Positions 1-9,876 of a DNA stretch of 64,000 nt are shown piece by piece; position 1 is the stretch's first letter; each line of letters opens with the position of its first letter. The stretch comes from Candidatus Latescibacterota bacterium (GTDB taxonomy: Bacteria; Latescibacterota; UBA2968; GCA-2709665): positions 2,144,001 through 2,208,000 of the forward strand of contig OZ242358.1 of NCBI GenBank assembly GCA_965208835.1, read 5' to 3'. The translations under genes were made by a program, and so were the position numbers. The notes below the pieces were generated by a model. It was not told where the DNA came from, did no database searches, and was given only the letters and a program-made list of their open reading frames with translations.

Positions 1-1
1 C

Positions 2-613
2 CAGGGAAGACATCCCAACGAATCCGGCGCCCGCGGCGTTTATCTCGTCGAGGTCGACGATGACGGCGACGTCAGTGTTGAATTCAGGTCTATGGATTGC
101 GTGCGGTGGGAGAGGACCGCAGTGGACATTTCCCGGTTGGACGGAGAGCAGGGCTTGATCGATGGAATCCACCAGAGAATTGATGAGGCTTTGAATGGCG
201 CAAACGGCGTGTCGGTCGTGCTGAGGATTTCACTGGTCGGAATTGGCAGTCTGCACGGATCGCTGCAGCAGCCGGACCTGTTGGAGCACGTGACGGAGGT
301 TGTTAACGACGAATGGGCGAAACGTGCCCAATTTGCGTGGTGTGAGCGCATAGTGGACGAGACCGCCGCGCCGTTCAACCGTGATGATCGTATTGTTGGA
401 TCGGACTTCATGGCCGAGGTGCTCAGGACCGCGGACGGTGCGAAGAAAGACACCGACCTGCTGGCCCGTCTGCAAGATGGTCTTTCAGATCTTTATCAGC
501 ACCGCCTCTATCGCCAATATCTCTCTGACCACGTACCGTGTGGCGATGAACTTCCCACGTTGATCGATGAGGCTGAGGCAATCCTCGTAAACCGGCTCGG
601 CGAAGACGCATGA
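2..613 (+). CDS. YhaO/SbcD(Mre11)-like metallophosphoesterase DNA repair nuclease, 3' part (5' end outside window)
   Basis: Frame open from base 2 (QGRHPNESGARGVYLVEV..., typical of YhaO-type nucleases); stop overlaps the start of the YhaN-like ATPase (ATGA). Confidence 0.8.
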   Translation, partial: QGRHPNESGARGVYLVEVDDDGDVSVEFRSMDCVRWERTAVDISRLDGEQGLIDGIHQRIDEALNGANGVSVVLRISLVGIGSLHGSLQQPDLLEHVTEVVNDEWAKRAQFAWCERIVDETAAPFNRDDRIVGSDFMAEVLRTADGAKKDTDLLARLQDGLSDLYQHRLYRQYLSDHVPCGDELPTLIDEAEAILVNRLGEDA

Positions 614-3600
614 GAATCCGCAGACTACGCATTGATGGCTTCGGGCAGTTCGCCGACAGGCAATTCGGGGCACTGGAACGACCCGTGACTGTCTTCTTCG
701 GGCCGAACGAGGCGGGCAAAAGCACACTGCTGGAGTTTGTCCGACGGATACTCTTCGGATTTCCACGCAAGAGCGGAAGGGTCAACGCTTATCCTGCATT
801 GGCCGGGGGGAGTTACGGAGGTTACATGACCATAGAAGGTGCGGGCGGTCGTATGTACGACGTGCGCAGAACGACCGGAAGGAGTTACAGCGGAGACGTT
901 CTCCTGACTTCGACAACAGGAGACACACTGCCCGAATCTGAACTCGCGTTGTTGTTGGGACACCACTCGAGGGAAGTATTCGAGAGGATATTCGCGTTCA
1001 CCCTCGACGACCTCTACAGCGACGACCTTCTGAACGACGCGAACGTCAATGGTCAGATCTACAGCGCGGGCATGGGCGTTACGTCACTTCCGAACGCCGT
1101 GAAGTCCATTGAGTCGTCCCGCATCGGGATCTTTCTCAAGGGTGGGAGCACCCAGAAGATCTACGAGATCTACAACAAGATCGAGGACGTAGACAACAAG
1201 CTGAGGGAAGTCTCCAACAACGCGGCAAGGTACGGTGAACTGACCGACCGGCTTCAGAGGGTCGAGATCGAGCTGGGAGACCTGGCTGCCCAACAGTTGG
1301 AGACTCAATCTCGGTATAACGGTCAAAATACACTACAGAAGGGCTGGGACGCCTGGAATGAGTTGAATTCCGCCGAGGAAGAGTTGGCTGGCATTCCGGT
1401 TGTCGACCCATTTCCCGCGGATGGTGTGAATCGCCTGGAAGCATTACAGGAGCGCGTCAATGCCGCGCGACGGGAGTACGAGTCCGCCGGGCAACGAGCC
1501 ACTGAAGCCGCACGGGCAGCAGACATTCGGGTCGAGCACGAGGCCATTTTGGAGCACTCGTCCGAAGTCCGCTTTCTGCAGAACGGAAGAGGCGCATTCG
1601 ACGGCTCGGTCAAAGACTTGCCGAAACGCAAAGCCGAGTTCGAGAGCCACAGCAGAGATCTGGTTGAAGCCTTGAAGGACCTGGGACCTGATTGGGATGA
1701 AGCCAGGCTGGAGCAGTTCGATCTTTCCATTGCCGTTCGCCAGGAGATATCTGAACTCGGCGACCGATTGCGTCGCGCAACCGAGGAGCAATCGGACTGC
1801 AGGTCAGCTCTTCGTCAGGACAAGGCATCCCTTGAGGAAGCCAATGACGCTGAGAACAAGGCCAATCGAGCATTCGAGGTCGCCAGGATACCAGGCCTGA
1901 ATGCCGACCAGATACGGCAGCGCCGCAACCTGGTGCGCGCCACAAGGTCGAAACTCGATGATCTCAACCGCCAGCGACAGAACGTGCTGAATCTCGAGAG
2001 CCAACTCGAGTCTCTCAGAGGCAGCGCGTCTCATACCGGTGGTTCGGGCAGGAGCACCGTTGTCGCAGCAATCAGCGTTGTCATTGGGATTGGACTCCTG
2101 ATCGCCGGTGGGCTGCTCGGTGGAACGCCATTAACCATAGGCGTCGTTGGCGGCATCGCGCTCGCAGTTGTGGGCGTGTATCTGTTCATGTCTGCCGGGA
2201 TCCGCCATCCGGGCGCAGGCGAATCACCGCTCGCCCGACCTGTTCGCGAGTCACTGCGCCGCGCCGAATTGAACATAGAGGATCTCCAGTCAAAGATGCT
2301 GGAGGATGCAGCGCCCCTTCACCTCGAAGTGATCGATGAAGCGTCGCTCCTGGCGGCCGAACAGTCGATCGACGAAGAGGAAGACCTATTTCAGGAACAA
2401 ACTCATCTCTCCGAGACTCTCGAGGCTGCAAAGGAAATCGCAAAACAGCGGCAGATCCGCACTGACAAATCCGCCGCTGACGTCGAGGATGCTGAAGGTC
2501 GCCTCGAAGTGGCGCAGCGTGGATGGCAGGAATGGCTGATGGCGCGTGGTCTGTCCGAAGCCTTCACGCCCGAGACGGCCGATGTGCTCCAGAGCCAGGT
2601 CGAACTCGGTCGAAGCAGGCAGGATGACGTGCGAAGCTGGCAGCAGCGCATCAGGGCGATTCGGAAAGACATCGACGAATACGTTGAGGTAGTTGAACCG
2701 CTTGCCACTGCATTCGACGTCACGTTCGACCGCAGTGATTATCGCACGATTGCAGCCGCGGCCGACAGGCTCGTCGAGTTGATGGAGGAAGTCCGGGAAG
2801 ACATAAGAAATCAGACCGACGCGAAACTCAATCTGGAGAATGCCCGGCGCCACCAGGACGAGCGATGCAGCGACCTGAAGAACGCGGAAGATGAGCTGGG
2901 TCAGCTGCTGCAATCCGGCGGCGCAGAGGACGCCGAAGCGTTCCGCGTGCGCGCAGGTTTTGCCGAAAGGCGAACGGAACTCAAAGACAAGGCCCGCGAT
3001 GCACTTCATCGGCTTCAACGCCTCAGCGGACCGGGCGAACCGCTGGAAATGCTGAAATCGGACCTTGGCAGCACGAACCCTCAGGCAATCGCCGACGAGA
3101 TGGCAAGGCTGGAGGAAGAACGGACGACTGCCAACGCCCAGCGTGAGGCGTTGTCGACCCAACGAGGTTCCATTCAGACCGAACTGGCAGGGCTGGTCGG
3201 CGAGGAGGAGTCGTCTCGCCTAAGGATGGAAAAGAATGTCCTGCTGGAACAGTTCCAGGGCCACGCGCGCGACTGGACCCGGCTTACGATTGCCCGGAAC
3301 CTGCTGGAAGAATCCCGTCGAAAGTTCGAGCGTGAGCGGCAGCCCGGAGTAATCCGGCATGCTGAGAGATTTTTCACTTCGATCACCGATGGACGGTACC
3401 GCCAGGTCTATGCGCCGCTCGGTGAACAGACGATCACGGTGACGGACGCCGACGGGCGGACGAAGCAGCCTTCGGAACTCAGCCGGGGCACACGGGAGCA
3501 GCTGTTCCTTTCGCTCCGTTTCGGGCTGATCCGGGAACTGGGGGAGCGAACGGAGCCGCTGCCGGTCGTGGTGGACGAGGTCCTAGTCAACTTCGATCCG

Positions 3601-3753
3601 GACCGCGGGTTTCGCGCCGCCGTCGCCTTCACGGAGCTGTCCAAAGCCAACCAGGTACTGGTTTTTACCTGCCATCCGACGGTTGTCGAACTGTTCCGGA
3701 ACGCGGCAACCGAGTTGGAGGTGGAAAAGCCTGAGGTAGTACAGATCACGTGA
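610..3753 (+). CDS. YhaN/SbcC(Rad50)-like AAA ATPase with long coiled coil
   Basis: N-terminal Walker A FGPNEAGKST; C-terminal LSRGTREQL signature and VVDEVLVNFD Walker B; long coiled coil with a central hydrophobic hairpin. Confidence 0.9.
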   Translation: MRIRRLRIDGFGQFADRQFGALERPVTVFFGPNEAGKSTLLEFVRRILFGFPRKSGRVNAYPALAGGSYGGYMTIEGAGGRMYDVRRTTGRSYSGDVLLTSTTGDTLPESELALLLGHHSREVFERIFAFTLDDLYSDDLLNDANVNGQIYSAGMGVTSLPNAVKSIESSRIGIFLKGGSTQKIYEIYNKIEDVDNKLREVSNNAARYGELTDRLQRVEIELGDLAAQQLETQSRYNGQNTLQKGWDAWNELNSAEEELAGIPVVDPFPADGVNRLEALQERVNAARREYESAGQRATEAARAADIRVEHEAILEHSSEVRFLQNGRGAFDGSVKDLPKRKAEFESHSRDLVEALKDLGPDWDEARLEQFDLSIAVRQEISELGDRLRRATEEQSDCRSALRQDKASLEEANDAENKANRAFEVARIPGLNADQIRQRRNLVRATRSKLDDLNRQRQNVLNLESQLESLRGSASHTGGSGRSTVVAAISVVIGIGLLIAGGLLGGTPLTIGVVGGIALAVVGVYLFMSAGIRHPGAGESPLARPVRESLRRAELNIEDLQSKMLEDAAPLHLEVIDEASLLAAEQSIDEEEDLFQEQTHLSETLEAAKEIAKQRQIRTDKSAADVEDAEGRLEVAQRGWQEWLMARGLSEAFTPETADVLQSQVELGRSRQDDVRSWQQRIRAIRKDIDEYVEVVEPLATAFDVTFDRSDYRTIAAAADRLVELMEEVREDIRNQTDAKLNLENARRHQDERCSDLKNAEDELGQLLQSGGAEDAEAFRVRAGFAERRTELKDKARDALHRLQRLSGPGEPLEMLKSDLGSTNPQAIADEMARLEEERTTANAQREALSTQRGSIQTELAGLVGEEESSRLRMEKNVLLEQFQGHARDWTRLTIARNLLEESRRKFERERQPGVIRHAERFFTSITDGRYRQVYAPLGEQTITVTDADGRTKQPSELSRGTREQLFLSLRFGLIRELGERTEPLPVVVDEVLVNFDPDRGFRAAVAFTELSKANQVLVFTCHPTVVELFRNAATELEVEKPEVVQIT

Positions 3754-3771
3754 GTCGCCGGATTCCGTCTC

Positions 3772-5589
3772 CTACCCTTCATACCATCCCGCCTGCAGTT
3801 TCCACATCCGCGAGTATTCTCCACCGCGGGCGACCAGTTCCTCGTGGGACCCTTCTTCCACGAGCCGCCCTTCCTTGAGTACGAGAATCCGGTCGCACAT
3901 CCGGGCCGAGCCCAGCCGATGGGAGACCACAATCGTGGTGCGGCCGCCGGCCATGGCGAGGAAGCGCCGGAATACGTCGGCCTCGGCCTTCGGGTCGAGG
4001 GAGGCGGTCGGCTCGTCGAGGACGACGAGGTCGGCGTCCCGCATGAATCCCCTGGAAATCGCGACCCGCTGCCACTCACCGCCTGAGAGTTCCGTTGCGC
4101 CTTCGAACTCCCTGCCAAGAGGCGTTTCATATCCCTTCGGTAGCCGGTTGGCGACGGCGTCCGCCCCGCCCCGGCGCGCCGCACGCTCGATTTCGCCGGG
4201 CTCCTGCATCCGCTCCCAGCGGCCGAAACCGATGTTTTCACCCAGGGTGAAAGCGAAGCGGGTGTAGTCCTGAAAGACCGCGGTGGACCGGTTCCAGAGC
4301 CGGTCCCGGTTCGCCCGGTTCGCGGGGAGGTCGCCGTAATCCAGTTCGCCTGCGGTGGGCTGGAACAGGCCCAGCAGCAGCTTGACAAGAGTCGTTTTGC
4401 CGGAGCCGTTTGCGCCGACCAGGGCGACACGCTCTCCGGACCGGATGGTCAGGTCGACCTCAGTAAGCGCATCGCGCTTTGCCTGAGGATAGCGGAAGGT
4501 CAGGGATCGAGCTGCGATTGACCGTCTCTTGAGCGATGAAATGGCGGCTGTGCCCGGGCGTTCTTCGGGTCCAAGGTCCAGATAGATGAACAGATCGGCG
4601 ATGTTCAGCAGCCGGATGCCGAGATAGCCGATCCGGGCGATAATCCGGTCGACGCTATCGCGAACTTGCCGCAGAGCGACCATCATGGCCGCGAACTGCC
4701 CGGCTGAAAGGCCGCCCTCGAGGACCGCCCACGCCGACCAGCCGACGCCGGCGGTCAGCGTCGCGAGGCTGAGGACCGAAAGCGACCCTCGGAGCACCCA
4801 GTTCCTTCGCAGTTGTCGGTAAAGAGCATCGGCGACTCGCCAGTAGAGGAACTCCCACCAACGGATCAGGGCGGGTCCAAGGCCGAACACCCTCACTTCT
4901 TTGGCGGCGTCCCGTTCCGTCAGCGTAGTTTCCAGATATCCCCGCAGTCGCTGTGCCTGCGTCGCTCTTCGAAACGTGTAAAACCTGCCCCGGTCGTGAA
5001 CGATACTCATCAGGGGCGGCGGCAGCGAGACCAGCACCACGGCAAGGAGGAGTAACGGGTTCCAGAATCCAACAACGACAGCAACCGAGATCGCCGTCAC
5101 CGTGCCGGCAAATATGGATCTGATCTCGCCGAACAGGTTCAGAAAGAATCCGGGCGTGGCGGCTTCCTGGGCGCGTCGCAGGAGGTCGTGGAAGTCGGCC
5201 CTCTCGAAGGCCTCCAGGTGAAGCGAACGGGACTTGACCTGGAGCTGCTCGAGTAGCCGGTCCTCCAGTTCCTGCTTCACCCGCTCGAGCAGGATCAGCC
5301 GGCTCCAGGCCAGAATACCGTTTTCCGCGAGGCTGAAGGCCGCCCACAGGGCGAGCCAGGGGAGCATGGAATCGACCGGCAGTTCTCCTTCATACACGCC
5401 GACGCCGCGATCGACGAGTTCGCGCATAACCCAGACCGTCGCGGCCGGTATCACACCTACAGTAAACTCCAATATAAGCGCGCCGATAGTCCGCTGCGGA
5501 TCGATTCGGATCATCCAGCCCAGGAAGCGGAACAGAGTCCGGGGCCCTCGGGGGCGCTTCAGAATGGGATCGGGTTCTACCGGTACCAC
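3772..5589 (-). CDS. ABC exporter, fused TMD + NBD
   Basis: GANGSGKTT, LSGGEWQR, VLDEP and SHR motifs; N-terminal TM helices. Start uncertain: GTG 5589 with GGAGG upstream, or ATG 5652. The ORF-track extension to 6027 overlaps the upstream gene. Confidence 0.88.
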   Translation of the reverse strand: MVPVEPDPILKRPRGPRTLFRFLGWMIRIDPQRTIGALILEFTVGVIPAATVWVMRELVDRGVGVYEGELPVDSMLPWLALWAAFSLAENGILAWSRLILLERVKQELEDRLLEQLQVKSRSLHLEAFERADFHDLLRRAQEAATPGFFLNLFGEIRSIFAGTVTAISVAVVVGFWNPLLLLAVVLVSLPPPLMSIVHDRGRFYTFRRATQAQRLRGYLETTLTERDAAKEVRVFGLGPALIRWWEFLYWRVADALYRQLRRNWVLRGSLSVLSLATLTAGVGWSAWAVLEGGLSAGQFAAMMVALRQVRDSVDRIIARIGYLGIRLLNIADLFIYLDLGPEERPGTAAISSLKRRSIAARSLTFRYPQAKRDALTEVDLTIRSGERVALVGANGSGKTTLVKLLLGLFQPTAGELDYGDLPANRANRDRLWNRSTAVFQDYTRFAFTLGENIGFGRWERMQEPGEIERAARRGGADAVANRLPKGYETPLGREFEGATELSGGEWQRVAISRGFMRDADLVVLDEPTASLDPKAEADVFRRFLAMAGGRTTIVVSHRLGSARMCDRILVLKEGRLVEEGSHEELVARGGEYSRMWKLQAGWYEG

Positions 5590-7493
5590 GATGCCTGATC
5601 CTCCCACATGCCGGCGTAGACGCCCCCATATGCCAGGAGGTCGTCGTGACATCCGTCTTCGACGATGCGGCCCTGCCGTAGCACGAGGATGCGATCGGCC
5701 ATGCGTGCTGAGCCGAGCCGGTGGCTGATCAGCAGGGCGGTTTGCCCCTCGAGTAACTCGGCGAACTGACGGTAGAGCGCTGCCTCCGCTACGGCGTCGA
5801 GGGCAGCGGCGGGCTCGTCGAGGATGAGCAATTCCGCATCGCGGGTGAAGGCGCGGGCGATGGCGATACGCTGCCATTCGCCGCCGGAGAGACCCCGCCC
5901 GCCGTCGAGGACGTGCCCGACAGGGGCGTCGTAACCTTTGGCAAGGTGTTCCGCGAGTTCGTCGCCGCCGGCGCGCCGGGCAGCCTCCCTGACCACAGTC
6001 ATGTCGGGCTGCAGCCATGAGGGCCACAGTTCGGCGGCCTGTCCGCCTGCCGATCTGCCCAATGTGCCGATGCCGATGGATTGACCGAGCGTGAGTTCGA
6101 ACCGGCAGTAGTCCTGGAATGCGGCACTCACGGCGCCTGTCAGGCTATCCGGATCGATCTCGGCGTAGTCCAGACCGTCTGCCGTCACGCGCCCCCCGGT
6201 GGGTCGGTACAGTCCCAACAGAATCTTGGCCACGGTGGACTTTCCGGCGCCGTTGTCGCCCACGAGGGCAACCCGTTCGCCCGGCGCCAGGCAGAAGGTG
6301 ACACCGTTCAGCACGGACGCGACCTCTTCGCCCGAAGTGGATGCCGGGTAGGCGAATCGTATGCCTTCCACGAAAAAGCCCTTTCGCAGGGGGCGAGGAA
6401 AGGAAGCTCCCCGCGAATCACTGGCTGCCACGTCGTGCGCCTCCGTTTCAACCTGATTCCGATCCCGTTGTTCGAAGAATTCCCGCACGTAACCGACCTG
6501 GGTGGAGCGCTCCTGCAACTCCCGTGAGTTGTAGCCGAGACTGGCGCCCGCGGCCAGCATGTCTGCCACACCCTGGAACAGCGCCACGAATTGTCCCGGC
6601 GTGATTACCCGGTCTCCAAGGAGGTACGCGAGGACGACGGCCACGGTGGCCGCCACAGCAATTCGTAACCCGGATGCGGGCAACTCCTTCGCGACCTGTC
6701 GCTGTCGCTGCCCCAGCAGTCGTTCACGCAACACCTGTCGCATCCTCCGCCAGCGCCCGGTCAACGGCGGGTGCAGGCCGAAGAGCCGCATTTCCTTCTG
6801 CTCTGTCCTGCCGGTCAGGATGCGGTCCACGTACCTGGCCCGGCGTTCCTCCGGCGTCTCCCCGTAGGTGAAGGACATGAACATCCGGCTCTGCTGTATC
6901 GCCAGGCGGATCTGCGGCATCAGCACCGCCACCAGGGCCAGAGAGATCCACGGAGAAACCGTAAAGAACATGGCGGCCACCGAAACGGCCTTGATAGCGG
7001 CCTGGAAAAAATGCAGGGCGGCGAAGAACAGCCGGTCGAGTTTGCGGCCCGGGTCCCGGGCTCGCTCGAGGCGGTCGTAGGTCCCGCTGACGTCGAAATA
7101 CAAAAGAGAAAGGCGGGACGAACATTCGAGCAGTCGTCTGCCCAGGACGTGTGCCAGGTTCTGTTCCATCCGGAGATGAAGGACATCCCGCACGTTCCAG
7201 AGCACTTCTCTGGTGAGCAGCAGGATCAGGCCGAATGCAATCAGCCAGGGCAGGATATCGTCAAACCCGGACGGGCCGCCGCCGGCCGCATCGACCACGG
7301 CGTCGACCAGATGCCTGGTCACGTGGATGAGCAGGGCCGGCTGGATTCCAAGCAGAATGTGTATGAGAATCAGCCAGAGCGCGGCCGGTCCGGCGTGGGC
7401 ACGGATGTGACTCCAGGTCCAGCGCAGGTTGGCGAAAATCGCGCCTGCATTCTCGCGGCGGTTCCAGTATTCGAGGTCAGATCTTGGCGGCAT
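5577..7493 (-). CDS. ABC exporter, fused TMD + NBD (partner of the downstream exporter)
   Basis: GDNGAGKST, LSGGEWQR, ILDEP and SHR motifs; TM helices; GGGAG upstream of the ATG. Confidence 0.9.
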   Translation of the reverse strand: MPPRSDLEYWNRRENAGAIFANLRWTWSHIRAHAGPAALWLILIHILLGIQPALLIHVTRHLVDAVVDAAGGGPSGFDDILPWLIAFGLILLLTREVLWNVRDVLHLRMEQNLAHVLGRRLLECSSRLSLLYFDVSGTYDRLERARDPGRKLDRLFFAALHFFQAAIKAVSVAAMFFTVSPWISLALVAVLMPQIRLAIQQSRMFMSFTYGETPEERRARYVDRILTGRTEQKEMRLFGLHPPLTGRWRRMRQVLRERLLGQRQRQVAKELPASGLRIAVAATVAVVLAYLLGDRVITPGQFVALFQGVADMLAAGASLGYNSRELQERSTQVGYVREFFEQRDRNQVETEAHDVAASDSRGASFPRPLRKGFFVEGIRFAYPASTSGEEVASVLNGVTFCLAPGERVALVGDNGAGKSTVAKILLGLYRPTGGRVTADGLDYAEIDPDSLTGAVSAAFQDYCRFELTLGQSIGIGTLGRSAGGQAAELWPSWLQPDMTVVREAARRAGGDELAEHLAKGYDAPVGHVLDGGRGLSGGEWQRIAIARAFTRDAELLILDEPAAALDAVAEAALYRQFAELLEGQTALLISHRLGSARMADRILVLRQGRIVEDGCHDDLLAYGGVYAGMWEDQASWYR

Positions 7494-7625
7494 CAGAGGC
7501 TCCCTGCAGGCGTTCGTCTATCGCGCAAATTCATCCGGCGGCAAGCCAGTCAAAGATAACTCACGCATCGCACGTATTCAATGGAAAACTACACTTAAGT
7601 GAATGTTTATAAATTATTTAAATAC

Positions 7626-7654
7626 TTGACTTCCGGGTCGTATTTTGTTATATT
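7626..7654 (+). promoter_or_regulatory. sigma70-type promoter
   Basis: TTGACT-17 bp-TATATT with extended -10 TG and an AT-rich upstream tract. Confidence 0.6.
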
Positions 7655-7670
7655 ATTTACGTGGGAATTC

Positions 7671-7712
7671 AAAGAGGGAGTTGAAGGCGGATGCCTTCAA
7701 CTCCCTCTTTTT
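7671..7712. terminator. Intrinsic terminator hairpin, possibly bidirectional
   Basis: Perfect 18-bp stem AAAGAGGGAGTTGAAGGC / GCCTTCAACTCCCTCTTT with GGAT loop and T-run. Confidence 0.8.
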
Positions 7713-7834
7713 CGTCTTGCGTTTCAGTCCCGACATTCGTCTGTAGCACCGAACCGGAAGCCAGGCTGGCCGTGGCGCGATGTCACCCTGACGCGAACAG
7801 TCGGGGAAGCCTGTCCGACCGAACTACCTGCCGC

Positions 7835-8092
7835 TCAGGACTGTTCTCCAAGATATCTCTCAGCGTAAATGTCCAGCACTCTCCGAATCATGCTCTGGTA
7901 GGGTACGCCGTTCTGCTGCGCGCTCGACTTGAAAAAATCCACGCTCCGCTTGTTGAGATTAAGGGTTATCCGTACGGTTTCCTCCCTCACGACAAGCCGG
8001 TCGGGTGACGGCAGAAAGTCCTGAATCACCTCAGCCTGTTCGATTGCTTCCGCCAGTTCCGCCGGCGCATTTTCATATTTCGCCTTGCTCAT
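7835..8092 (-). CDS. BrnA/CopG-type antitoxin
   Basis: 85 aa with FLPSPDRL...ITLNL...GVPYQSMIRRVLD (RHH-like C-terminus); overlaps the toxin stop. Confidence 0.8.
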   Translation of the reverse strand: MSKAKYENAPAELAEAIEQAEVIQDFLPSPDRLVVREETVRITLNLNKRSVDFFKSSAQQNGVPYQSMIRRVLDIYAERYLGEQS

Positions 8093-8360
8093 AACGCGTC
8101 CTTCCCTCGCGCCAATAGCCTGCGCCGAAAATGCGGATTCTGCCTCTTCGATACGTGAATCGCACGGTCAATATTCGACCTTCAACCAGTCCAAAACAGA
8201 AATACCGCGTTTCCTCGGCTGTGCTATGTTTTCGATCAACGGCGATAACACGATTCCGGTCCATGAACGCCTGTCGGGCACTTGCGAAAGTGACGCCGTG
8301 TTTGCGCCGGTTGAGACGGTCCTTCTGGTCATCCCACTCAAAGACAACGTTTGTCCTCAT
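8073..8360 (-). CDS. brnT: BrnT family toxin
   Basis: FEWDDQKDRLNRRKHGVTF...HSTAEETRY...LTVRFTYR..RIRIFGA, the BrnT pattern; toxin-first gene order. Confidence 0.88.
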   Translation of the reverse strand: MRTNVVFEWDDQKDRLNRRKHGVTFASARQAFMDRNRVIAVDRKHSTAEETRYFCFGLVEGRILTVRFTYRRGRIRIFGAGYWREGRTRYEQGEI

Positions 8361-8386
8361 TCAATCTCACAGAATAAACACATTTT

Positions 8387-8424
8387 TATACATACAAATA
8401 TACATATATACGGACTCGCGTCAA
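8387..8424 (-). promoter_or_regulatory. brnTA promoter with candidate operator repeats
   Basis: Minus-strand TTGACG-16 bp-TATATT; TATACATA direct repeats at 8387-8394 and 8399-8406 over and next to the -10. Confidence 0.5.
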
Positions 8425-8596
8425 GTCCGCTTTCACATCAATTCGGGATACCGTCTTGCAGGGAGCGGAATCCAGCTGAACAGAGCGTTCCGGATTTCCA
8501 TTTTCGCTGACGAGCTTCAGAAGTGAACTTCCTACAGATTGTACGTATTTGCGGACCGAGGACCGGTTGGAGCGCGGAAGAGGGGGCGCATTAACT

Positions 8597-9868
8597 CTAT
8601 CGGTGATGAAATCCGTGATTCAGTTCCATCCGGACGCCAATCACCAGGGCGTTTTCAAGCGTCCGATCCGGGCCGGGGTTGATGATATACTGAATATCCG
8701 GTTGGATCTGTATCAGGTCGTGGATGTGCGCGCGGTAGGTCAGTTCGAATGCGGCCTCATGGCTTCCCGCTCCGGCCGCAGCCCGATAGTCCGCGCCGCA
8801 CCGCGCAATGGCCAGGGAAATTCCAATCTGGTCGTCGGACCTGCGGGGGACGAGACCGGACAGCACGATCCCGGCGCCGATGTATCTGTCGAAGGGATTG
8901 AGTGTGCCGTTGGCGGCTCCGTAGCGAATGAAGGCCGATGCGGTCCGTCCGTGCGTCGCGTCGCTGTACACATCTCCTTCAGCAAAGGCATACCAGCCTG
9001 CATTCCCGTTCCGGTGGACTGGATTCCCACCATCGTCGGTTTCACGAATCGCCTCGAATTTCGCGCTGTACAGGAACGCGCCGAGACCCAGACGGAGGGC
9101 ATTGGGAAAGTTACGGTTGTACTCCAGGGCATGTAAAACGCCCTCGCGGCTGCTTAACTTCACTGCGGTGGCGGCGGGATTCTCAGGATCGCCGGGTACC
9201 GCGTCGAGGAGCGCGTAACGCAGCACGTTGTTCCTGTCAATCTCCCATTGCAGGCGCGCCGATAGAGACGTCACCGGAAATATCGAAGGTCCGTTTTCTC
9301 CGGTCTGGGAATACGTGGGTATGATTCCGTGAGAACTGTTCAGGAATAACGCCGCCGCATCGACCGCGTCAAACTCGCTGTTGAGATCGTAGAGTCCGAT
9401 TTTCAAACTCAGCGCGTCGGCATGACGATGTTCGTACCAGAGTTCATAGAGGCGCAGGGCCCGTTCCGCGTCGATGTTTGAGACAACCTGCGCGTCGCCG
9501 GGGTATCGATCCGAAAACGTCGACGCGTCATTCCAGAGCAGATAGGCGAACAACGAGCCGGCACCATTTCCGTAGACCGGCCCCAGGTCGATTGCAAACG
9601 TCGCGTCGACGTTCTGCAGATAGGCGGAGCCGCTCCGGATGCCGCCTGAGGCGTTTCGAAGCAAGTCCGAGACGTACCCGAATTCGGCGGAGATCGTACG
9701 CCCGCCGGATTCCGCTTCAGCACGCCCGGAGACGGGTATCGAACCGATCATTAGCGTGCAGATAATCAATCGGAGCAATCTAGCCGTAAATTCGGACTTG
9801 TCTGTTCCGGATGGAGTGGGCGGTACAGCCGCGGAAGGGAAATCCGGAGTAGTGGTCATCCTGCTCAT
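8597..9868 (-). CDS. OprB-family carbohydrate-selective porin
   Basis: GDAQVVSNIDA, LYELWYE, GLYDLNSEFD, FLNSSHG, GPSIFP and IQPDIQYIINPG motifs; signal-like segment. True start may be downstream. Confidence 0.85.
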   Translation of the reverse strand: MSRMTTTPDFPSAAVPPTPSGTDKSEFTARLLRLIICTLMIGSIPVSGRAEAESGGRTISAEFGYVSDLLRNASGGIRSGSAYLQNVDATFAIDLGPVYGNGAGSLFAYLLWNDASTFSDRYPGDAQVVSNIDAERALRLYELWYEHRHADALSLKIGLYDLNSEFDAVDAAALFLNSSHGIIPTYSQTGENGPSIFPVTSLSARLQWEIDRNNVLRYALLDAVPGDPENPAATAVKLSSREGVLHALEYNRNFPNALRLGLGAFLYSAKFEAIRETDDGGNPVHRNGNAGWYAFAEGDVYSDATHGRTASAFIRYGAANGTLNPFDRYIGAGIVLSGLVPRRSDDQIGISLAIARCGADYRAAAGAGSHEAAFELTYRAHIHDLIQIQPDIQYIINPGPDRTLENALVIGVRMELNHGFHHR

Positions 9869-9876
9869 TGATTTTA

